NCBI GenBank assembly: GCA_963768665.1
Contig: CAVYIU010000009.1
Location: 579,333 to 643,332, forward strand
DNA: 64,000 nucleotides
Direction of reading: 5' to 3'
Source of the DNA: an uncultured Spirochaetota bacterium
Lineage (GTDB): Bacteria > Spirochaetota > Spirochaetia > SZUA-6 > Fen-1364
Part shown: positions 56,620 to 64,000 of the stretch, piece after piece
Position numbering within the stretch: position 1 is the first letter of the stretch
How the letters are laid out: each line of letters opens with the position of its first letter
Position numbers and translations under genes: made by a program
The notes under the pieces: generated by a model
What the model was told of the DNA's origin: nothing
The model's input: only the letters and a program-made list of their open reading frames with translations
Database searches by the model: none

Positions 56620-57902
56620 CTGAATCGGTGGCGTTGCGGCGCCCGATGAGCTACGCCCGCCAGGTCTTATACGCCTGGAAATTCAGCCGCATGTTTCGCC
56701 CCGGTAATTTCGCGCTCACCGCATTGCTGGCGGCCATGACGGCGATCGGGCCGCTCACCACCGACATGTACCTGCCGTCGCTGCCGGACATCGCGCACAA
56801 GCTCGACGCCTCCACGGCGCAAGTGCAGCTCACCATCTCGTCCTACCTGATCGGCTTCGCATTCGGGCAGATCGTTTATGGTCCGGTGTCCGACCGGCAC
56901 GGACGCAAACCCGTCTTGATCGGCGCGGTCGCGCTGTATTGCGTGGCAACGCTCGCCTGCGCGCTGTCGACGTCGATCGAGATGCTGATCATCGGGCGCT
57001 TCGTCCAGGCGCTCGGCGGTTCCGGCGGCATCGTGCTGGCGCGCGCCATGGTGCGTGACCTGTATTCCGGCGCGCGCGCCGGGCGGGAGTTGTCGTTGAT
57101 CGGGGCGGTGATGGCGCTGGCGCCGGTGCTGGCGCCGTTGCTCGGCGGCGTGCTGCAGACCGGCTTCGGCTGGCGCTCGGTGTTTTTTACCCTTGCGACA
57201 GTGGGACTGGTCGGCGCCGCCACCGTGATCCCATTGATGCCGGAAACCCTGAGCCAGCGTGCGACCGAGCCGGTGTCGCTGCCGAGTATGCTCCGGTCCT
57301 ATCGCATCGTGGCGCGCAACCCGGCCTATCTCGCCTATCTCGGCCTCGCCTCGACCAGCTTTGCAGGGCTATTCGCCTGGATTTCCGGCTCGTCCTTTGT
57401 GCTGCAGTATCTTTACGGCCTCACGCCGTTCCAGTTTGGCGTCGCCTTTGCGGTCGGCTCGGTCGGCTACATGATCGGCACCACTTGGGCGGCGCGGCTG
57501 GTGATGCACCACGGCATCGACACGACGCTCGGCATCGGCAGCGCGGCGATGGCGGTCGGTGGCCTCGGCATGATGCTGGCGATTGTGCTTGGTTTGACCT
57601 CGTCCGCCTCGATCGTATTACCGATGGCGGTCTATCTCGGCGGCATGGGCATGGTGCTGCCGCAGGCGCTCGCCGGCGCCATGACGCCGTTCCCGGAGCG
57701 CGCCGGTGCGGCTTCGGCGCTGCTCGGCTTCATCCAGCAGACCGCGTCGGCTCTGAGCGGCGTGATTGTCGGCATACTGCTCGGCCGCAGCGCCTGGCCG
57801 CTGGTCGGCGCGGTGGCGGCGATGGGGTGCGCTTCACTGCTGCTGTGGGTTTCGACGCGCGCCATTCGCGCGCACGCAAGACAACAACTAACGCCCGAAT
57901 AG
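56616..57902 (+). CDS. Bcr/CflA family MFS multidrug efflux transporter
   Basis: Intact 428-aa ORF with 12 predicted TM helices. MFS motif A GPVSDRHGRKPVL. Alternative start ATG 56646. Confidence 0.8.
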   Translation: MTESVALRRPMSYARQVLYAWKFSRMFRPGNFALTALLAAMTAIGPLTTDMYLPSLPDIAHKLDASTAQVQLTISSYLIGFAFGQIVYGPVSDRHGRKPVLIGAVALYCVATLACALSTSIEMLIIGRFVQALGGSGGIVLARAMVRDLYSGARAGRELSLIGAVMALAPVLAPLLGGVLQTGFGWRSVFFTLATVGLVGAATVIPLMPETLSQRATEPVSLPSMLRSYRIVARNPAYLAYLGLASTSFAGLFAWISGSSFVLQYLYGLTPFQFGVAFAVGSVGYMIGTTWAARLVMHHGIDTTLGIGSAAMAVGGLGMMLAIVLGLTSSASIVLPMAVYLGGMGMVLPQALAGAMTPFPERAGAASALLGFIQQTASALSGVIVGILLGRSAWPLVGAVAAMGCASLLLWVSTRAIRAHARQQLTPE

Positions 57903-60023
57903 TTTGTCGACCAACCAGGCATCGAGGCTGGCGCTGTTGCGGGATGCCGGCGCGCTGGCGCTGGTGCCGATCGCAGCGGGCGGGATGGGCGCCTGGCCGA
58001 CGGTCGATCGTTCCGGCCCCGGCGAATTGCCGCTGAACAGGTTGGTAAACAGGCCGCCGCTGCTCGTGCTCGGCAATGCCGCAACCGGCACGCCCTGATG
58101 CGCGTCGCGCATCACCCGGCTCCAGATTTCGGTCGGCAGGCTGCCACCGGTGACCTTCTTGGTCGGTGTGCCGTCGTCGTTGCCGAGCCAGACGCCGGTG
58201 ACCAGCTTCGAGGTGTAGCCGATGAACCAGGCGTCGCGGAAATCCTGCGACGTGCCGGTCTTGCCGGCCGCCGGCCAGCCGGGCAGCGTCGCCTTGTGGG
58301 CGGTGCCGATGGTCAGCGTCTCCTGCATCATCGTGTTCATCATGTCGACGTAACGCGCTTCGATGATGCGGCCGAGCTGTTGCTCGTTGCGGGCGTAGAG
58401 CACTTTGCCGTTCTCGTCCTTGATGCTTTCGATCACATGCGGGACAACCGCGTAGCCGCCGTTGGCGAAGGGCGCGTAGGCGCCGACCAGTTCGAGCACC
58501 GAGACTTCCGAGGTTCCGAGCGCGATCGAGGCGTTCGGTTCGAGCAGCGAGGAAATGCCGAGCCGGTGCGCCGTGCGGATCACCGCCATGGGCGTGAATT
58601 CCATGGTCAGCCGCACCGACACCGTATTGAGTGACATCGCCAGCGCCTTGGTCAGCGTGACTGGCCCCAAATATTCGCGTCCGTAGTTCTCCGGCTGCCA
58701 GTTTTTGATCTTGATCGGCCTGTCCTCGCGGACGGTGTCGGGCGTGAGCCCGTGCTCGATCGCGGTGAGGTAGACGAAGGCCTTGAAGGCCGAACCCGGC
58801 TGGCGCTTGGCCGCGACCGCGCGATTGAACTGGCTGTCGGCATAATTGCGGCCGCCGATCAGCGCGCGGACCGCACCGTCCGGCGTCATCGCGACCACCG
58901 CGCCTTGGCTGACACCGTTTTTATCGCCCTTTTGCGTCAGCTCGTCGGTGAGCGCGCGCTCCGCACTCACCTGTATCGCCGAGTCGATCGTGGTCTGCAC
59001 GACGATATCTTCTTCGACATGGCCGAGCACGTCGTTGATGGCATCCATGACCCAGTCGGCGACGTAGTTGACCGAGCCGGTGTTGGTTTGCGCGACGATC
59101 TTCGGGGGCTTGGCCAGCGCGACCCGTTCGTTGCTCTCGTTGATGAAATGCAGCTCGGTCATCGCGGCCAGCACGATTTTGGCGCGCTGCTCGGCGGCGT
59201 CGAAGTCGCGCGTCGGCGCCAGACGCGTCGGCGACTTCACCAGCCCGGCCAGCATCGCGGCTTCGGCGACGCCGATCTGCCGGGCGGACTTGCCGAAATA
59301 ATGCAGCGAGGCCTGCTCGATGCCGTAGGCGCCGGATCCGAAATAAACGCGGTTGAGATAGAGCTCCAGAATCTGCGTCTTGGAGAATTTGCGCTCCAGC
59401 CACAGCGCCAGCATCGCCTCCTGCAGCTTGCGCGTCAGGGTGCGCTCTTGGGTCAGAAACAGATTCTTGGCGAGCTGCTGCGTGATGGTGGAGCCGCCTT
59501 GGCTCACCCCGCGATGCAGAATATTGGCGATCAGCGCGCGGCCGATGCCGAGCGGATCGACGCCATAATGCTGGTAGAAGCGTCGATCCTCGATGGCGAC
59601 GAAAGCGCGTGGAACGTAAGCCGGCATCTCCTTGAGCAACAACGGCGCGCCGGCGAGGTCGCCACGGCGCGCCAGTGCGCGGCCGTCCATGTCGACGATC
59701 TGGATCGACGGCGGACGCTTGGGAATTTCCAGCGACTGGATCGGCGGCAAATGCGCGCCGACATAGGCAACGGTGCCGATGCCGCCGATCGCCAGCCACA
59801 ACCCGAGCACCAGGCTCCAGTAGGCCAGCCGGCCGAGTATCGAACGTCGCTTGCCGCCGCCACCACTCTTGGATTTGCGTTTGCGCGGCTTGCGCCGCCG
59901 CGGCGGCGGACTGGAGGCCGGCGCGGCGCGGTCATCCGCGGCCACGCGCAGCTCCGGGCCGCCATCGAACACCGGCTCGCGGCGTCCGTCCGATTGTCCC
60001 CGTCCCGCCATGAAGCGACCCAA
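57888..60023 (-). CDS. mrcA: Penicillin-binding protein 1A (bifunctional glycosyltransferase/transpeptidase)
   Basis: Intact 711-aa ORF. GT51 motifs IEDRRFYQHYGVD, GGSTITQQLAKN and RKLQE. Transpeptidase motifs SAFK (SxxK), SLN and KTGTS. Confidence 0.92.
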   Translation of the reverse strand: MGRFMAGRGQSDGRREPVFDGGPELRVAADDRAAPASSPPPRRRKPRKRKSKSGGGGKRRSILGRLAYWSLVLGLWLAIGGIGTVAYVGAHLPPIQSLEIPKRPPSIQIVDMDGRALARRGDLAGAPLLLKEMPAYVPRAFVAIEDRRFYQHYGVDPLGIGRALIANILHRGVSQGGSTITQQLAKNLFLTQERTLTRKLQEAMLALWLERKFSKTQILELYLNRVYFGSGAYGIEQASLHYFGKSARQIGVAEAAMLAGLVKSPTRLAPTRDFDAAEQRAKIVLAAMTELHFINESNERVALAKPPKIVAQTNTGSVNYVADWVMDAINDVLGHVEEDIVVQTTIDSAIQVSAERALTDELTQKGDKNGVSQGAVVAMTPDGAVRALIGGRNYADSQFNRAVAAKRQPGSAFKAFVYLTAIEHGLTPDTVREDRPIKIKNWQPENYGREYLGPVTLTKALAMSLNTVSVRLTMEFTPMAVIRTAHRLGISSLLEPNASIALGTSEVSVLELVGAYAPFANGGYAVVPHVIESIKDENGKVLYARNEQQLGRIIEARYVDMMNTMMQETLTIGTAHKATLPGWPAAGKTGTSQDFRDAWFIGYTSKLVTGVWLGNDDGTPTKKVTGGSLPTEIWSRVMRDAHQGVPVAALPSTSSGGLFTNLFSGNSPGPERSTVGQAPIPPAAIGTSASAPASRNSASLDAWLVDKLFGR

Positions 60024-60231
60024 TGGCCGGCAGACGTCCGCCGGTCCCCAAACCGCACGCTAAGAGGGCCGGTTTAAGGGCTCGTTAAGCGGGGATTGGC
60101 GAGTAAATTCGGGGCCTTGCAGTGCGTCGCGATAGCCGTTGCGACAGGTCAATGCGCATCCGAATTATTTTCGAAACAATATCAAACAATTCGCTGCATT
60201 GGCCGGCGCACTTCTAATCTCTGCAAGACGA

Positions 60232-60902
60232 TGATCGTTGCCAAGGTACCTAGTAACAGCCTTAGCCGCCGTGCCGTTTGTGGCGGAGTGTGCATCCTGT
60301 TGGCCGGCTGCGCGAGCGCGCCGCAAAGTCTATTTTCACGCGCTCCGTCAAACGCTGATCCCTATGCATCGATCTACGGCCCCATCATGGATGGATCGAA
60401 TGCCATCCCGGCGCTCGATCTCGACCTGGCGGCCAATCAAGACTTGCTCCGCCAGGAGGTGACATATCCTGCGCGGTATGGCCCGGGAACTATCGTCGTG
60501 AGCATCTCTGAACGGCGTCTCTATCTCGTGCGAGCCGGTGGGCGAGCATTGCGCTATGCCGTCGGCGTCGGCCGCGAGCAGGCGCTTAATTTCCGCGGTT
60601 CAGCCGTCGTTGGGCGCAAGGCGGAGTGGCCGCGATGGATTCCCACCGCCGATATGATCAACCGGATGCCGAACTACGCCGCTTATGCGGGCGGCATGCC
60701 CGGTGGTCTCGAGAACCCGCTCGGCGCGCGGGCGCTCTATCTTTATGTCGGCGACCGCGACAGCTACTTCCGAATCCACGGCACCAATGAGCCGGCGACC
60801 ATCGGCAGCGCGGTTTCTAGCGGCTGCATCCGTATGTTCAATCAAGACGTCATCGATCTTTATAACCGCGTTCCCGTCGGTGCACCGGTGGTCGTGCTTT
60901 AG
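60232..60902 (+). CDS. L,D-transpeptidase (YkuD domain) lipoprotein
   Basis: Lipobox VCGGVCILLAGC. Catalytic motif HGTNEPATIGSAVSSGCIRM. Start taken at ATG 60232 within ORF 60096-60902. Confidence 0.85.
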
Positions 60903-60939
60903 CTCTTTGCGCGGTCGACTGCCGATAATGGAACCAACG

Positions 60940-61373
60940 TCAGTGCATGCGAGTCCAGATTTGAGTTTGGCCCAAAGTGGGGAGAAGAACGTAGGCGCGT
61001 ACGTGCAATGTGCCGTCGCCCTGGATTGTCATCAGGGCCTGATAATCCACGCCGTCGTCGGGATTGTAAATTTTACCGTCCCTCCACGTACCGTCGCCGG
61101 CGCTGCGCAGACCTCTGAGTACCGTGAGCCCCAGGAGCGGTCGTGTTTTCAGCGCGGGATTCTTATTCTTTAAGTCGACCAGGGCACACCCTGAGCGTCG
61201 TTGGGCCATTTGAACCAAACGATTTTCCCGCACATTCGGTCGCCGCAGGGAGCGATCGCCACCTGGATGCGCTTGTTCGCGTGCAGCCAGACGCCAACTG
61301 GCGTCGCGCTTTGTGCGCCGGCTGCCGTTACGGCAAGCAGCGCGAAGGTCAGAGCATATGCAAATCGACGCAT
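60940..61373 (-). CDS. DUF2147 domain periplasmic protein (1 frameshift ~61180)
   Basis: Signal MRRFAYALTFALLAVTAAGAQS. PVGVWLHANKRIQVAIAPCGDRMCGKIVW.. joins ..DLKNKNPALKTRPLLGLTVLRGLRSAGDGTWRDGKIYNPDDGVDYQALMTIQGDGTLHVRAY. Confidence 0.7.
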
Positions 61374-61598
61374 AAGCGTAAACTTCTTGCGAAGTCTTGA
61401 CCCGAAATTCGCCAAAAGCGGCGCGTAGATAGCATTTTCGTACAGGCCGCGAAAGTCACTCGGCGTCGTCCGGACACTTCCGAAACGGGCAACGTTTTTT
61501 GACTCATCTTAATGCACGTTATGCCAATTCTATATCATTTAGTATCTCTCATGTCGGCGCGAGCATCAGTTCACTGCTCCAGCGGCGCGAAGCAACCA

Positions 61599-61989
61599 AT
61601 GATTACGAAATCACACTTGCTTGTGGTTGCGTTGCTGCAAGTTGCTTTATTGGGACCGACGAACGCGGCCGACAGAAAGCCAGACGAGTGCGGTCTCGCA
61701 TCGTTCTATTCAAACGTGAGCGAAGAGACCGCGAGCGGAGAGGACACGCAGGCAGAAGATTTCACCGCAGCGTATCGGAAACTGCCGTTCGGCACGCTGG
61801 TCCATGTCAATAATCAAGATAACGGGCGCTACACGGTGATGCGGATCACCGATCGTGGTCCCGTTTGTCGCCGGAAGAATAATCGACGTATCGCAGGTCG
61901 CCGCACGCCAACTCGGCATTTCCGGTCTGACGCTGGTCTGTCTCAACATCACATGGGTTCCAGAAAGTCGATCCGTCAGGGAAAAATGA
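61599..61989 (+). CDS. rlpA: RlpA-like double-psi beta-barrel lipoprotein/lytic transglycosylase (1 frameshift ~61870)
   Basis: Signal MITKSHLLVVALLQVALLGPTNA. GLASFYSN..TASGE, FTAAYRKLPFGTLVHVNNQDNGRYTVMRITDRGPFVAGRIIDVSQVAARQLG after frame correction. Confidence 0.7.
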
Positions 61990-62003
61990 TTGTTGATCGC
62001 CGA

Positions 62004-63618
62004 TCAGGCCGGCTCGCGCACAACTGAGTCGTGGCGTGTCGATTGGACACGCCAGCGCTCGATTTCGGCGAGCTCGGCGTCCGGCCGGTCGACCGCGACC
62101 TGGCAGCGGCCGAGATGGATCGTCCCCCGTTCGCCGTCGATCGACAGCCAGTCGCCTTGTTTGATCGCGGCGGTGGCGAGCATTGCGCTATGGCCCGCGA
62201 CGTCGACGCTCAGCGCGGTGCAGCCGACGACGCAGGGCTTGCCCATCTGGCGCGCGACCAGCGCGGCATGCGCGGTACGCCCTCCGACCGCGGTGACAAT
62301 GCCGGCCGCGACCGCAAAGCCGGCGACGTCGGCGGTGCTGGTGTCGGGGCGGACCAGAATCACCGGGTCACCATTGGCGGCGAACCGCGCGGCACTGTCG
62401 GAATCGAAAGCCGCGCGCCCGACCGCGATGCCGGCCGAGGCCCCGATGCCGCACGCAATCGGCGCCGGGGCGTCGAGCAGACGCTTGCGCGCCAGGGCCT
62501 GCAAATCGATGCCCTGCACGCGTCGCAGCGCCTGCTTCGGCGTGATCAGTCCTTCGCGCACGAAATCGATGGCAAAGCGCAGCGCGGCGTTGGGCGTGCG
62601 CTTGGCGGCGCGCGTCTGCAGCAGCCATAATTTGCCGTCTTCGATGGTGAACTCGACGTCCTGCACGTCGGCGAATTCGCGTTCGAGCCGCGCCAGCACG
62701 TCGCGCAATTGCGTCGCCACCGCCGGCAGCGATTGCGCGATGGCCTCTTCGCTGTCCGGCGTGCGGGTGCCGGACACGACATCCTCCCCCTGGCGAGTCG
62801 AACAACACATCGATGACCGGCTCGCGTGCCCCGGTCGACGGGTCGCGCGAGAATGCGACGCCGGACCCCGAGTTCAGCCCGCGATTGCCGAACACCATCG
62901 CCTGCACCGTGACGGCGGTGCCTTGCAGGTCTTCGAGCTGCTGCAGCCGGCGATAGGCGCGCGCCCGTTCGCCCGACCACGAGCGATAGACCGCCAGCGC
63001 CGCGCTCTCGAGCTGCTCCATGGGATCGTCCGACACTGCGCCGTCATTGTCCTCTTCGATCGCCTGCAGGTAAGACGTCGCCAGACGCTCGACGCTCTCG
63101 CTGTCGAGCGATTGCTTGCCCGCGGCATTCGGCTGCGACGATTGTGGTGAGCCGGCTGGCAAAAACTGTCGGATCGAGGCCAAGCACGACCGTCGCGTAG
63201 CTTTGCAGGAAGCGCTGCCGGCAATCCCAGGCGAAACGCGGATGGCCGGTCATGCGCACCAGACCGTGCACCGCGGCTGCCGGTGCAGCCGACATCGAGC
63301 ACGGTGTCGAGCATTCCGGGCATCGAGCGCGCCGCGCCGGAGCGCACCGACACCAGCAGCGGCCGGCGGCGGTCGCCGAAGCGTTTGCCGGTGGCCGTCT
63401 CCAGGAAGGCAATGCCGTCGGCCAGGCCATCGCGCAGCTTCTGCTTGGCGTCGTGATCGCCCTTGACGATCGCCGCGCATAGCTTGATCGGCAGCACGAA
63501 GGCCGGCGGCACCGGCAGACCGAGCGCAGCCATGCGCGCGAGATTGGCCGCCTTGGCGCCGACGGTCTCGGCGGAATGTTGGTTCGCTCGCTCCGTTTCC
63601 GATCCGAACGATTTTCAT
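62004..63618 (-). CDS. PPDK-like PEP-utilising enzyme with ATP-grasp and phospho-His swivel domains only (>=4 frameshifts)
   Basis: MKIVRIGNG.., GAKAANLARMAALGLPVPPAFVLP, RPLLVSVRSGAARSMPGMLDTVLDVG, AVTVQAMVFGNRGLNSGSGVAFSRDPSTG, QGEDVVSGTRTP, DVEFTIEDGKLWLLQTR and swivel His GGRTAHAALVARQMGKPCVVG. The frame stops ~30 codons after ..LSIDGERGTIHLG, with no C-terminal PEP/pyruvate barrel. Confidence 0.7.
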
Positions 63619-63634
63619 GTCGCAACGCCTAGGT

Positions 63635-64000
63635 TTAAGCCGACAGATCGGCAAGGACGCGCTGGCGCAGCAGATGCCCGAAGCCCGCCAGTCGGTCGGT
63701 CGCCCGTTCGAGCGCGCGCGCGAGTTCGAGCGCGGACAGAGCGGTCTTGAGATCGAAATCGCCGCGCAGCACCACGGCGGTGAGCGCGCGTTCGGCGTCG
63801 TCGGCCGCGTGCTCGGCGTCGATCAGCCGGCCGACGGCCGCGAGCGCGTCCTCCGAATCGACGCGCTGTCCGTCCGGCACGTCGGCGGCGGCAGCGGCGC
63901 CGGCCGCGGCGCTGCCGGCGCCTGCCACGGCGGCGGCGGCAACTTCGGCGAGCGGATGCAGCAGTTCCTCGGCGATTTCGCTCGGCATCAGCGACGAGAT
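63635..64000 (-). CDS. 3' part of a CDS extending beyond the window; helical DUF47/PhoU-like protein (tentative)
   Basis: The frame is open to the window edge. ..LIDAEHAADDAERALTAVVLRGDFDLKTALSALELARALERATDRLAGFGHLLRQRVLADLSA* resembles the C-terminal helices of DUF47-type regulators. This is from memory only. Confidence 0.3.
   Translation of the reverse strand: MSSLMPSEIAEELLHPLAEVAAAAVAGAGSAAAGAAAAADVPDGQRVDSEDALAAVGRLIDAEHAADDAERALTAVVLRGDFDLKTALSALELARALERATDRLAGFGHLLRQRVLADLSA

Overview
This GC-rich window is a composite of two unrelated bacterial lineages, and its sequence carries roughly 100 reading-frame breaks. No convincing novel multi-gene system was found.

(1) Positions 1 to ~51,040 are a spirochaete (Treponema-like) chromosomal segment. 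It contains pyruvate phosphate dikinase, a conserved hypothetical, cytoplasmic filament protein CfpA and a vWA protein; from memory, ppdK, cfpA and the vWA gene follow the T. pallidum TP0746-TP0750 order. It also contains a DHH phosphoesterase, several lipoprotein/OMP genes and a SurA-like PPIase-nusB-TPR-bactofilin-map-PRT operon. Further genes are a 9-gene V-type ATPase operon, ptsN, secG-tpiA-pgk, ybeY-pgpH-phoH, a ~1,180-aa LptD-like OMP, uvrA and an Smr (MutS2-type) tail.

(2) Positions ~51,045-64,000 are an alphaproteobacterial (Bradyrhizobiaceae-like) segment. It contains a regS/regR two-component system, an ABC-2 exporter, intracellular PHB depolymerase, a YgjP-type metallopeptidase and a Bcr/CflA MFS pump. 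It also contains PBP1A, a YkuD L,D-transpeptidase, DUF2147, RlpA and a PPDK-like enzyme.

The two segments meet around 51,040-51,066 with regR cut off in its first ~50 codons. No mobile-element genes lie at the join, so a misassembly or contig concatenation is the most likely explanation.

The frame breaks fall in blocks. Essential genes such as pgk, tpiA, map, atpA and secG are shattered, while long neighbours such as uvrA, cfpA, PBP1A and atpB are perfectly open. Both lineages are affected, which points to a technical origin. Frameshifted genes are therefore reported as single conceptual CDSs.

No rRNA, tRNA, CRISPR, transposase, integrase or phage genes were recognised.

The best biological leads are:
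- an AT-hook tail on CfpA;
- a SAP-like motif on the LptD homologue;
- a small lower-GC islet with a HEPN-like (Rx4H) gene;
- a few intergenic repeat motifs.
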